NCBI GenBank assembly: GCA_039621445.1
Contig: CP154954.1
Location: forward strand, 18,196,589 to 18,235,409
Direction of reading: 5' to 3'
Length of the DNA stretch: 38,821 bases
Origin: Euglena gracilis
Taxonomy: Eukaryota
Shown here one piece after another: positions 11,254 to 23,227 of the stretch. A model generated the notes under the pieces. That model did not search any database and had not been told where the DNA came from. It was given only the letters and a program-made list of their open reading frames with translations. Both the position numbers and the translations under genes were made by a program. The first letter of the stretch is position 1; every line of letters starts with the position of its first letter.

Positions 11254-11927
11254 CAGGGTTGACGTTTTTTTTGTTTTTTTAAAAAAAAACAAAAAAACAT
11301 GTTTTTTTTAAAAAAAACGCAAAAAAAAACATGTTTATTTTTGAAAAAGCAAAAATTGACCTTTTTCCTTGCGAAATGACCAATTTTTTGAAGAAAATTT
11401 TTCGCGGGTAGTTCGGGTCACGGGGGGGGGTCACGGGGGGGTCACAGGGGGGGGGGGTCACGAGGGGGGGTCACATTTTCGGTGGCCAGATTAGAAATCA
11501 CCGAAAACGAATTTTTGGGGGAAAATCCTTTTTAGGCTCCAAAATAGGAATCCCCCAAACGAAAATTAGGAAATCTACCGGAATATTTTGGCATCACCGG
11601 CCAAGTTTTTCAGAAAAAATGGCCGAAACGGGTCTTAGGTCGGGTTGGGGGAGGGGGGTCAAGGGGGGAACACCCCCTGTGAAGTTTTTTTTTTCAAATG
11701 TGTGAAAGTATTTCCAAATCTGTGTTTTCTGGTGCGAAAAATCATGCTTTCAACCCAAAAAAATGAATGTTGTAGAGATAAAAAATGCACTTTTTCCCAA
11801 AAAAAACATTGCAAAAATTTTTTCCCCCAAACCCTCCATGATGTTTTTTTTGTTTTTTTTAAAAAAAACATATTTTTTTAAAAAAACATGTTTTTTTTGT
11901 TTCAAAAAAAACAAGCCGTCAACCTTG
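11254..11927. mobile_element. hAT-like MITE (family G) inserted in the satellite
   Basis: TIR CAGGGTTGACG / CGTCAACCTTG; perfect 8-bp TSD CTTGTGTT (11246-11253, 11928-11935). Contains a GGGTCACG-type insert at ~11405-11678. Second copy begins at 23228. Confidence 0.9.
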
Positions 11928-13640
11928 CTTGTGTTTCCAAGTTGTTTTGGGGGGCAAATCCCTTGTGTTGTTCAACCGATCCAAGGCCCCAAAATAATAA
12001 AATCCCTTGTGTCTCCAAGTCGTTTTGGGGGGCAAATCCCTTGTGGTTCCAAAACGTTTTGAGGGGTAAATCCGTTGTGTTGTTCAATTGATCGAGGGCC
12101 CAAAAATAATAAAATCCCTTGTGTCTCCAAGTCGTTTTGGGGGGCAAGTCCCTTGTGTTTTCAAATCGTTTTGGGGGGCAAATCCCTTGTGTTGCTCAAC
12201 TGTTCAAGGGGCAAATCCCTTATGTCATGTAGTGATTTTGGGGTGTATTTTGGCATCAGTAATCAATATTAATTTTTCTTAGTTTTGTTTTCTTTGTATT
12301 TGAAGGCCTAAAACATCAAAAAAAATTCGAATTTTTTTTGATAGGGGGGCGAGGTCGTGGGGTGGGCCGACCCTAGGGTCGACCTAGGGTCGGCCCACGA
12401 CCCTAGGATGGGCGACCCTGGGGTCGGCCCACTGCGACCCTAGCGACCTTAGCGACTTTAGCGACCTTAGCGACCCTAGGGCCGTATTGGGCCGACCCTG
12501 GGGTCGGCCCACTACCCCCCCCCCAGGCCAGATCTACCCCCCGGATTCGGCCATAATGCAGCGCTTATTTTCAGCGATTGTGTATTCCAAAATTTGACAT
12601 CCTAATTTGTTAAATCCCACAGCTCAGGTTGCATATTGCATATCAAACGAAAGGTCTCACCAACACCTTTCGCTTGGTACCCACAGAACTCAGCCAGATT
12701 GCAGATTGCAAAGCGCCCTCAAAATCAGCGATCGCATTTTTCCGCATTTTTCGGACCCCATTTGCATATCTGAAATTCCACTTTTCAGCTGCCATGTTGC
12801 CCATCGATCGAAAGCTCTTCTCGAGGGCTTTCAGCAGATGGCCTTAGATTTCTGCCATGCTTTGTGGTATTCTATTTCAGAAAGTCTCCAAAATTGGCCA
12901 AAAGGAAATTTTCCTCAAAACCCCCAAATTTTTGGGCCAAGTCCACCCAAAAACTGCTCAAATGTGATTCCCACCTATCCACGAACCCTTTTGGACACTT
13001 TTTGGCACTTTTTATTTTGGGTCCCCCAGACGCCCCCCCCAAGAACATTTATCAATTCCCTATTTCCCTCCCCCCCCTTAATTCCGCCTCCAATATTTCT
13101 CATATTTCCCCCCTATATATATTTTCAATCGCCCGAACCGAGAAAAAAACACAATTCCCTCCCCGCAAAAAAACAAATAAAACCCGAACGGAAAAGAGGA
13201 GCATAAAACCCCGAGCCAAATTTAATTTATCAACCGAAATTAATTTTTAATTTATAATTATTTAATATAAATATCAACATTTAAAATCAAAAAAAAAACC
13301 AGGCGGTCAGACACCGGTTCGGCACAGAAATTTCCCGCCCGAACCGGCGTCCCAGACGCCGGTTCGGGCATGAAACCGGAGCCCCCAGACACGGTTTCAA
13401 GTGTTTATCAAGTGCATGTTATTATGTCATTGAGATCAAGTTTCAACTTAAACCGTTTTTGAACCCGGCGTTTGAGACGCCGGGTTCAGGACAGAACCGG
13501 CGTCCCCCCCCCCATGGGTTTTCCAGATGCTGGTTCTGTCCTAAAACCCGGCGTTATGAACGCCGGTTCTGTCCAAAACCCGGCGTCCGGTTTGGGACTG
13601 TTTTTTGTGCAAAAAAGTGTGCCAATGTGACCCCAGAAAC

Positions 13641-14836
13641 CAGCGGTGTAGAAACAACTTTTTCTCGGGGGGGGGGGGCGAGATCCTGGGCCTGAAGCGA
13701 AGTTAGCGCCCGTCATAAACAGAAAAATTCCAAAAATAGCACCTTTTCAAAAATTTTCGGCGCCAAAGACGCCGAAAAGAATATCCCACTCCCCCTGGGG
13801 TGACCCCCCGGGGGGGGGGGGGGGGGTTTGGCGGGACCCCAATGTTCCCATTTTTTTGTTTTAAAAAAAAGCAAAAAAACTTTCATGAATAAAAAAAACG
13901 GTTTAAAAACGTTTTTTTGTTTTAAAAAGGGTGTTTTTTTAAAAGTAAACACCACAAATAGGAAAAAAACCTGTTATAAACAACTTGTTTAAAAACAGCC
14001 CAGTAACCTTGCAGGACCCACCCACCCCACCCCCCCTCCCCCTGGGGTCCACGACGGAAAAAAACCCTGTTACCAATGTTGTTTGAATGTGTTGTTTTCT
14101 TTTTGCTGCCCGAAGGGCAGCGAGACGGTAGCACTTTTTTGAAAGAAGGCATTGAACGTAACAAAAAAAATGTGGCAATTTTTTGACATCATGCCAATTT
14201 GACATTTTGACACCATCACAATTTGAAAGCTTTCAAGCTGCCAGCGGGCGGAGACGGTGTTGCCTTTTGTGTTTTGGGATTTGAAACGAGTGCAAAATGC
14301 GAAAAAGAGCCCTCGGTCCATTTTGTATTGAACAAAAAAAAACATATTGCCGGCCGAAGGGCGGCTGGACGGCAGTGCAATTTTCCAAGAACATTCCCCA
14401 AAAAGAGCCAAATTTATCAACAGAATGGTTTGCTCTTTTAAAAAATTAAACATTAGAAGCCAAGTCAAGTTACATGTGTTTCCTGTTGCCACCCAAAGGG
14501 CGAGACGGGAGTGGAGATATTCACAAACAACAACTTCAGATTGGAAAAAGGAAAACTTTTTTCCCCTCTCTGACCATGAGTTTTGGGCTTGTTTGGCCGC
14601 CCAAAGGGCGGCAAGACGGTAGCGATGTCCAACAACAAAAACACCCAAAAGTTCAATGAAAAGTTGGGTTCTTAATCTGAAAGAATTTTTTCACAAAGTG
14701 CAAAAAAATTTTGGAGGGTAACTTTTTTCAGGGGGGGGCAAAAAAGTTTTGAGTCAAAAAATCCTCGGGGGGGGGGCGAAAAAATCTCGGGGGGGGGGGC
14801 GGCCGCCCCCCCTGCCCCCCAGTTTCTACACCAATG
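13641..14836. mobile_element. hAT-like non-autonomous element (family C, copy 1)
   Basis: TIR CAGCGGTGTAGAAAC / GTTTCTACACCAATG; degenerate 8-bp TSD CCAGAAAC / GCAGGAAC; homologous to 19060-19847. Confidence 0.8.
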
Positions 14837-15178
14837 GCAGGAACGAAAATCTCCTTGGCTGAAGGGGGATAAGAGGCACAATATCATGGCTGAGCGCAAA
14901 ATATCATGGATGTGGCGGCAAGTGTTTTGCAGTTTCTGAGGTGGGGGGAGGACTACTAGGCATACAGGGAGCCACAGCTGCAGCAATTATGGCCGAGCTC
15001 CTTGGCGATGAGGAGGGCACCGAGTTGTGCGGCGACTCCGGTGAACAGTGCCAAAGAGAGGCCCTGTTGTAGTCCATCAAGGAACACGCTCCGCGCCCCA
15101 CCGGAGGCCATGGCCCCAAGGCGACGCCGGAGCTCATCCCATACGCCGTGACTGTCTTGCCGAAGGACCCCCAGACGC

Positions 15179-15630
15179 CATAGCCGGCACTTCGTTTAAA
15201 ACGAAGTAAAGAAAAAAACGTTTTCTTTAAAAAGAACATGTTTTTTTTAAAAAAAACAAAAAACGCCATTAAGGGTCCAGGGCAAAAATTTTTTTTGCCT
15301 TTAATTTTAGCTTTTTTTGCCTATCCTCGGTCAGAGAAAGACACCAAATTTGGGATGTTTCAACCATAGCTGGCACTAGGACCTTGTTTGGAATGGTTTC
15401 AAGCCAAAATGGCGGAAAAATGCCCTATTTTGACCATTCTTGTTGAAGACAACCAAAAGTATTGGTTTTCAAGTCATTTGAGCTAAGATTGGTTCACCCT
15501 TGCGATCAAAGGCAAAATTTGGACCATCATTTTCCCCTTTGTTTTTTCCGTTTTTTTTTGCCCGTTCTTTTTTTAATAAAAAACAAAAAAAAACGTTTTT
15601 TTAAAAAAAACAAAAAAAACGCCAGCTATG
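15179..15630. mobile_element. hAT-like MITE in the retrotransposon endonuclease region
   Basis: TIR CATAGCCGGC / GCCAGCTATG; perfect 8-bp TSD CCAGACGC (15171-15178, 15631-15638). Confidence 0.9.
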
Positions 15631-15674
15631 CCAGACGCTGAGGATCAATGGGGAGAAGCCCCGTGCCTGGCAAC

Positions 15675-16206
15675 GAGGGGTAGATTTATCCTGGGGGGGG
15701 TACCACCTCCCCCCCCCTAATTGACCCCCCCCCTAATTGACTAATCGCCCCGGGGAAATTTTTTTCGACCCCCCCCCTAATTGACTACCCGGGGGGATTC
15801 TGTGCTGAAGCACCCCCTAATTGACGGTACCCCCCCTAATTGACCAACCCCCCCCCTAATTGAACCCCCCCCCTAATTGACCAAAAGGGGGGTTCACATG
15901 GTCAATTAGGGGGGGGGGAGGTGGTAGTGGGGGTCGACCATGGTCGCTTTCGGTCGCCCTCGGTCGCCCTCGGTCGTGGGGGGGGTCGATGTCAAAATGT
16001 GCGCTACATGCAAAATTTGCGCAACATACAAGCAAAAGGCGTTACACACACAAGGGATTTTGTTATTTTAGGGCCCTGGAACAGTTGCCTACGCCGCTAC
16101 ATGGCAAAAAAGGTGGAAAAAAAATCAGTAGGAATCACCCATAGCGACCGAGAGCGACCATGGTCGACCCCCACTACCCCCCCCCCCCAGGCCAGATCCG
16201 GGAGCC
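15675..16206 (-). mobile_element. Short MULE-like element, same ends as 6268-12542 in reverse orientation
   Basis: Perfect 9-bp TSD CCTGGCAAC (15666-15674, 16207-16215); ends GAGGGGTAGATT... and ...CAGGCCAGATCCGGGAGCC. Confidence 0.9.
15703..15924. mobile_element. Tc1/mariner-like MITE (TA TSD) nested in the MULE TIR
   Basis: TIR CCACCTCCCCCCCCCTAATTGACC / GGTCAATTAGGGGGGGGGGAGGTGG with TA on both sides; multiple internal CCCCTAATTGAC motifs. Confidence 0.85.
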
Positions 16207-16397
16207 CCTGGCAACGGGCCCCATACTTGGCCGTCTTTTTCTGGGCCCGGCCGCGCAGGAGCTCCGATGAGGCGGGCAAGCTCCAAGCAGCACTGGGTGG
16301 TGAGGGGTGATTGATGCCCACGTCGATGGCCCACGAGGCAGCCCCCGACCAATGTGGCAGAAAGGTATCCACATCACGCTTCTGATCTGCAGCCACA

Positions 16398-17079
16398 GGG
16401 GGCGGACGGACGGACGGACGGACGGCTGGTGAAAAAAGCGAAGGTCCGGACGGACGGTTGACCTTGTGGGCTTGGTCCAGACGGCTGAAGAAAATGCACT
16501 TGGTCCAGCTAGCCGGCCGGGTCTTTGGAACCGCAGGCGTAAACCACAATCGCGTAGATCGCCAACCGGAAGTAACGGTCCAGATCTGGGTTGCACACAA
16601 CATGTCAGATCTACAGTACGATGTCCGCTGAGCCGCCCCGTACTGCAAGGTTCGTATCAGAGGTGATGCACGGGCCTATTTTTGTGGTATTTATCATTCA
16701 ACCTCAAGATGATTATTTCCAAGTGGCTACAGTGACCTCCTTGCGTACTCAACTCATCCTCCGAGAATGATATCACCCTTCATGGTATAGCGGTCGTGTG
16801 GTTAGCGTGTGACCGGTAGATCGCGGGTTCGAATCCCGCCGGGGGGCAGCTTCGTGTTTTTCCTGATTTGACGCGACGAGTAGAGGGAAGCTGTGACTGC
16901 TTTTCGGAAAGGAAGGAAATTTTTTTTTTTGGTCCGGCCGGCCGGCAAGACAGACATTGGTCCGGCTTGACGGACGGCTGGCGAAAAAATGCTTCGTCCG
17001 GACGGACGGCTGGGCGTCCAGCATTGGTCCAGCTGAAGAGGTCCGGACGGCTCGGACGGCTAGCCGGCCAGCCGCCCCC
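16398..17079 (+). mobile_element. Family A element (copy A2)
   Basis: Near-identical to A1; 3-bp TSD ACA (16395-16397, 17080-17082). Removal rejoins the retrotransposon frame (ALEISV-AADQKRD). Confidence 0.9.
16776..16847 (+). pseudogene. tRNA-like sequence inside element A2
   Basis: Copy of 5390-5461 with substitutions in the 5' acceptor strand (CCCTTCA). Confidence 0.65.
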
Positions 17080-17359
17080 ACAGAAATCTCGAGAGCATGG
17101 CGGATCCCCCGGGCCTGCAGCTGGGCACCCAGAAAGTGTTGAACCGGTGGTGGCGCTCCCACAACTTGTTCTTGTGGCAGCACAGAGCGTGATCCCCAAA
17201 GGGATCCACCACCTGCCCGCAACCCAAGGGGCAGGGTGAACCTGCCAGGCTCAACGGGATGATGCAACCCCAGATGCCACTTCATCATCAGGCGAAACGA
17301 TGCACCGTCCACGGCAAATCCGGCAGCCAGAGGGGCGAGCCCCGATCCAGCTCGAGCAC

Positions 17360-17596
17360 GGGGGTGGGCCGGGTCACGGGGGGGGTCACGGGGGGGGGGC
17401 ACGGGGGGGGGCACGGGGGGGATATGGCCTCCTCTTCAATGTTTCCGGCTTCCGCGACATTTGAAAAAAAATACTGAAAGCAGTTGTGATTGAAGCACGT
17501 GCGTTTGCGGACCCCAAAATCGGGGGGTGTTCAAATCCGGGTCACGGGGGGGTCACGGGGGGGGGGGTCACGGGGGGTCACGGGGACGACACCCCC
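17360..17596. mobile_element. Short GGGTCACG-repeat element (family H-like)
   Basis: Ends GGGGGTG / CACCCCC; interrupts retrotransposon coding between QSSSI and SSWIG; no clear TSD. Confidence 0.6.
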
Positions 17597-17927
17597 AATG
17601 GAAGAACTCTGATGCTCAAAGCGGACCCGGTCTCGGTCGTTCAAGGTCGCGAGGAATGCCGGACGTGCTGCTTGGCGCAGCTGATCGCTCCACCATGCCT
17701 GATCGTGGTGGGTGGTGTCGTCAGGGGTCAAGGCGCCGTTTCCTGCCCATCTCCGCACTGGCTCGAGGCATCCCCCAAGTGCTTTTGCAGCCCGGATAGT
17801 AGATCGTTTAATCCGTCAATGGGGGCGCGAGAAATGTTACTCAGGCCCAAGGAGTTGGGTGCATGGTGGATCCATGACAACAGTGCACTCAGACGTGCCG
17901 GCAGGACGGAGTCCAGTGCCAGCTTCT

Positions 17928-18046
17928 TAGGGAGATTTCATTGTCAAAAAACGGAAGGGACCAATTAATCGTTAATCGTCCGAGACACCCCGATTAATCG
18001 CGATTAATCGTTCTCCAGCCCGAAACAATTAATTGGCACAACCCTA
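17928..18046. mobile_element. Tiny hAT-like MITE with ATTAATCG repeats
   Basis: Ends TAGGG / CCCTA; degenerate duplication around CCAGC. Removal gives GIRLALDSVLPARLS in the retrotransposon frame. Confidence 0.55.
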
Positions 18047-19059
18047 CCAGCCGGATACCGAAACCACCCAAACGCAGAGGCAGGGCAGCCTGGGCCCATT
18101 GTGTGTCGGTGACAGAGCAATCCAAAATCTGCTGGAAAGTGGCCCGGAGGCATCCGTCCGCACGGGCCAGCAAGTGGGGAAAGGGGAGGCAGTGAGCACT
18201 ACGCAACAAAGAACTGAACTTACAGGCGTCGAAACAGAAGTGGAGTAAGGACAGTTGGACTTGGGGGTCTTGCACGGAGCCCAGCAGTGCTGTTGCTTGC
18301 TCATGCTTGGAGATACCTCTAATTGCTGGCGAACAAAGGACACATCCGAAGGGTGATGGATCGGGACGCCCAACACCGAGACCCGGAGTCGAGGGTGAAG
18401 GGAACGACAAAGGCCCCACGCAAGACGGAATCATCATGCAGAGAGGGGATATGCCGAACCCCTGGGCCCCACACGGTAGTCTTGGTTAGATTCAGAGAAC
18501 ACCCCAGGCGGCCCAGGCCGATCTGGAGGTGTGCCAGGGCGCGATCAGCAGTTGGGACGTCTGACAAGATGGACCCGTCGTCCAAGTACCAGAAGGAATT
18601 GCCCCGTCCTGGTGCCGAAAGCAGGGTGTCGTGAATGGCTAGCGAGAACAGGAGAGGCACGAGGGGTGCTCCCTGCTGCCCACCTTCCGTGCTCTAGATC
18701 TCGTTGTCCCCAACGAATAAACGGGATGGCTGCAGGGAAAGGCGGCACCAGTGCAGCAAGTGCGGGGCCTGGCGCTTGACGGCATCAATGATGGCAGCCC
18801 ACTTTACAGAATTGAAGGCATTCCGTATGTCGACCTGGAGTACACCCAGTCAGGGTCGTCCCTGCGCTCAGATGTTGCAGCGAGATCCCAATTTGCTCGC
18901 AGGCGCTTTTGCCTCCAAAGGCGGACTGTAACGGGCGCAGGTTGGCGCCCACGTCCTCTGTCTCGGGAAGAGCCATGAGGCATTTTTCCACAAAGGTCTC
19001 CCCGACGGCAACCGGGCGTACCCCGTCGTCCTTCTTCCGCAAAGGGAAGAGGTTGGCCG

Positions 19060-19847
19060 CAGGGGTGTAGAAGTAATTTTTTCTCGGGGGGGGGGGGGCG
19101 AGATCCTCGACAAGACTGAAAATATCCATTTTTCCCTCGCCGCCCGAAGGGCGGCGAAATGGTGGTGCTTTTTTGAAAGATGGCATTGAATGTTACAAAA
19201 AAAAATGTGGCAATTTTTGGCATTATGACACTGATCCATCACAACTTGGAAGCTTTTAAGTCACCCGAAGGGCGGCAAAACGGTAGTGCTTTTTTGAAAG
19301 ATGGCATTGAATGTTACAAAAAAAGCCGCCATTTTTACATTATGCCACCAATCCATCACAATTTGGAAGAGCCGCCCAACAAGCGGCAAGAGTGACGCCT
19401 TTTTGTGTTTCAGGATTTGTGTCTTAGGATTTGCGTGGAACAAAAAAAATCTATTGCCGCCCGAAGGGCGGCTGACGGTAATGCAATTTTCCAAAACCTT
19501 CCCCAAAAAGACTTGTCAACTTGCCAAACTTGTCAACAAAAATTGTGTGCTCTTGAAAAAAAAGAGCTTTGGAAGCGAAGTCAAGATGCATGTTTTCCTG
19601 TTTGCCGAGATTTTCGCCCCCTCCGACCCATGAATTCAGGACGTCTTTGGCCGCACAAAGGGCGGCGAGACGGTAGTGATGTCCAACAGCAAAAACACCC
19701 TAAAGTTCAATGAAAAGTTGAATTCTCGGTGTGAGAAATTGAAAAAACCACAAACAATGTGAATCACACACTTTTCAAAAAAAATTTCTTCCCAAAATGT
19801 CGGGGGGGGGCGGCCGCCCCCCCCGACCCCCCACTTCTACACCTATG
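19060..19847. mobile_element. hAT-like non-autonomous element (family C, copy 2)
   Basis: TIR CAGGGGTGTAGAAGT / ACTTCTACACCTATG; perfect 8-bp TSD GTTGGCCG (19052-19059, 19848-19855). Confidence 0.92.
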
Positions 19848-22800
19848 GTTGGCCGAGCATAGCCATTCCGCTGCCGTGGGGTGCAGAGACCCCTGGGTGC
19901 ACTGTTGGACAAGGTCGTCCAAGGCCTACAGCAACGGAGTGGGTTCCCACTGTCACCGTCCCGTAACAGTTCGGCAAGGTATGCGGGTCGCAGGCCAGAC
20001 GGCCCCGGTGCACTCCCCGGAGGGAACCCGAGGGCAACTTTACGAAGTGCTGCCAACCGGTCGTCGGCTGGGGAGTTGACGTAGCAATAGTGGGTGGAAG
20101 CTAACTGTTGGTCATTGTCGGACCAGGAGAAGCCCGCCCCGACGGGGTGTAGTCCGCGCAGGGCGGCAAGGACGTCCTCGGACCGGGAGTCATGGACCCC
20201 CTTACTCAGAAGGCATTTGGCTGCCTTGGAAAAGGCACCGGGTTTTCCTCCCTCCCTCACCCTCCACGCCGAACCTCCGGACCAACACAAAAAACCGCTC
20301 CTCCCCCTCTCCCACAACCTTGAGCTTTTCTCAAATGTCTTCTCGCGCATATTGTATACATACCCCTAACCACCACTAAACCTACCACCACTCATTTCAC
20401 AGCTTCCTTGGGAGCCTTTCCCCAGACAGTAGAGGAGAAAGCCATGCGACTGACCTGTTTGATCACGTGGGCAACAGTGGCCCTTGACACTCAAGGTGAC
20501 ATGTCTTCCAGTTTAGTAAGTTTAGTAAGGCGAACATGCATGCATTCGGCCCACCACCTTGTGAGGAGTGACCGGAGGTGGGATTGGCCAAAGAGGCAAG
20601 AGTTGTTATCCATGTTGCCAGTGGTTTGCTATCAAGTGCACAACCTTGAAAATTTCATGGCCACCGATGGATGTCTGTTGAAAAGAGCTTTCGATCGAGA
20701 TTGGTACCCTCACCCCCCCCCTCAAAGTGGCCACCCTCCAGGCACCACAGGACCCCAAAACGGCCCCTGGGGGGGGGGGGGGTGCGGGGGGGGGGGTCAA
20801 TTTTTGGGCTTCGGCGCCAAAAGAAATGGCCACTTCAAGGGGGGTAAACCAAAGTTGCCAAAAATTATCCACACTGAGGGGGAGACACTTTGAGGGGGGT
20901 GAGGGTGCCCACAACGTTGCACACAACCAGTGAGAGATATGCTCGCGATCGTCGGATCAAACAGAAACAGAATCGAAATTTGTGGTCATTTCCGGCACTG
21001 CTTTATTTGAGAAACACAATGAACAATACAAAAGCGATTTTTTCCCTTCAAACCGACGACCAAAAGGTTCTTTGGGGCCAGACATGAGAAACCATTGAAA
21101 AAGTGCCCAAAATTTTTTGCACGTCCCAAAAATGACAAGGGAAAATCCTAACAATTTTTAAAAAAATTCACCAAACTCTCGCTGGCTTTTTCTGTTTCTT
21201 TCAAAAAGCTTTTTTTTGTTTTTGATTTTTTTAATGCGGCTTAGATTGCCATTACGATGCCCCCATGTTACCGCACGTTCCTGCCCTGTTTCTGCCCTCT
21301 CAGCCTACTTCCCCCTCACGACACTTAATTCTACCCTCTCTTCGCCCTTCCAGGTTTCCAGGTTTCCTGGGAACCGGATGACACCCTCTGCCTTATCCTC
21401 ATCCATGGGGTCTCCCAATCGGTGCATAGCCTCCCCCCCGTACACTTCAAATCCAGTAGGCTGCGCCACTGGTCGGTGGATTCGGTTCGCCCCACCGCCG
21501 TTTCGTCCGGTGAAACCCCTGATATAATCGCGATAATTTTCGCGAAGTCGTGTCATCATCACCCGCCTGTGGATGAATTGAAATCCTGGAATTTGTGAGA
21601 GTTGTTCGAAAAAAATAGGGCACATTGGACATGAGAATCAGAGGCGGGTCCCACCACAGCCACCAAATGAAGCCAAAGCAAAGACGTCAATATTGATGTT
21701 AAATAATGTGCAAGGTGGGATTGTGTGCTTTGGGGATTCTGAGGAAATCCTCATAAAGGCTTCTGGGAGTCATTTAAATCTTGTTTTTCAACGATCATGC
21801 ACTTTACATCCCAGCAGTGCATTTTCCAATTGACCATGCACTGGGCAAGGGCAGCTGTCCAGAAACCCGGGGAGGGGTCTGGGGAGGATGGTTGGTGGGT
21901 CCGCCCCCACCCCTTTTCCGCACAAATCCCAAAAAAATTTTGGACCCCAAAATGACTTCCCTTGACTTGAGTCCCCCCCCCAGATTCCCCCCCCCCCCAG
22001 ATTGGCTGCTCGTTTTTCGGAAATTCAGCGTGCCAAATTGGCCGTTATTGGGGGAAATAGGTTAGGGTTCGGAGTTTCATGAAGTTTTAGCCTTATTTTT
22101 GGATTTGGCAAAATCTTAAAGACCCCCCCCCCTCAATAACCTGGGTGGCGGGGTGTCAGGTTATTGAACCAACTTTTGGCCCGCCCGCCGACCCTTCGGC
22201 CAAATTTGCCATCCTGGAGGGGGGGGGGTCGGCACGCCGTGGCGAGGTGTCTGGCTAGGGGGGGGAAGGGGGGGGTTTGGCGTGGCGAGGGGGTCCTGGA
22301 GGGGGGTGCGCGGGGGTTTGCCAAGAAAATTTTCTTTGGCGGGCCTGAATCTTTTTCCCCCTCTTCTGGTCTGCCGCCTTTGGAGCCCAGGTATTGGGGG
22401 CCCCCCCTGTTCACTTCTGAACTGAACTGGACATGTTGACTTCCCGGAGGGGGGGGAGGGGGGGGGAGGGGGGGTCCGACACCGAAGGTGCCGAAAAAGC
22501 CCTTTTCGGTGTTCGCCTGCTGTTCCGGTTTTCGGTTTTTTCCCAAAGTGAACAGGTGCATCCAGGTACACAGTAGGGTGGCGACTGAAATTTCCGGCCC
22601 CTGAAATTTCACAAAATTTCACAATTTTTAACTTTTCTTTCAGACCACAAGCCAATAGCAGGGTGTTGACTGAAATTTCCGGCCCCTGAAATTTCACGAA
22701 ATTTCACAATTTTTTACTTTTCTTTCCGACCACTTTTCACGAATGTCACCACCCTACTACACGGGGGGGGGACCCCCTGTTCACTTCCGAAGTGAACTGA

Positions 22801-23227
22801 ACAAGGGGGGGAGGGGGGTCCCAGGGTCCCGAAGTGGACTACCTGGCCTCCTTTGGGGTTCCCTTGTGTGTATGTGCAAGGTTTGGCATGCCCAAATCCT
22901 GCCCCTGTCTCGTCAAAAGTAAACCCACCAAAATGGAGACAAGGCACAGGGGGGGGAGGGGGGGGTCCGAGGGGGGGGGGGTTGGAAGCTGTACAGGGGG
23001 GGGGTCCCCAGAAAATCACAACTGTACTGCCTACCCCCGAGACAGTTGCGACATTTTTCGTCCAATTGAGGTTGGCAATGATGGATTTTGCGAAATTCAG
23101 ATGCATTTTGCAAAATATTTGTGTCTTGTAAAAAGAGTGGTAGCCAGTATTTTCACTTTAAACACTTAGCAGAAAGGCAGGAAGCAGCTTCAATCACTCC
23201 CCCTTGGCACACCATGCGGAATTGAGC

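Larger units (their letters stand above)
6268..12542 (+). mobile_element. MULE-like non-autonomous element with long TIRs
   Basis: Perfect 9-bp TSD GGATTCGGC (6259-6267, 12543-12551); ~170-200 bp imperfect TIRs rich in GGGTCGGCCC/GCGACCCTA. A paralogous empty site is seen at ~25400-25440. Confidence 0.9.
5897..13400 (+). mobile_element. Family P hairpin/asymmetric-IR element (copy P2), inflated by nested insertions
   Basis: TATC|TATATCGAG, then a palindrome at 5906-6045. IR TTGAAACCGTG...GGGCTCCGGTTTCATGCCCGAACCGGCG (6047-6091) pairs with 13357-13400 (...CACGGTTTCAA). No TSD visible. Confidence 0.7.
14960..20350 (-). mobile_element. Decayed CRE-like non-LTR retrotransposon (RT, Cys/His knuckle, restriction-like endonuclease)
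   Basis: Minus-strand motifs in order: GSAPGPSGLRP, ANLFPLRKKDDGVRPVAVGET, QVDIRNAFNSV, GGQQGAPLVPLLFSLAI, FWYLDDG, QWAQAALPLRLGGFGIR, RDRVRF, CPLGCGQVVDPFGDHALCC...RH, KRDVD.FLPHW...AIDVGINHP, KKTAKYGARC, FSPLILSVWG, LQQGLSLALFTGVA. Many frameshifts and six insertions; ends approximate. Confidence 0.88.

Noticed and set aside
14930-14942. TTTCTGAG near the retrotransposon 3' end, resembling part of a euglenid spliced leader as I recall it
   Set aside because: Only 8 nt match and no further SL RNA features; expected by chance.
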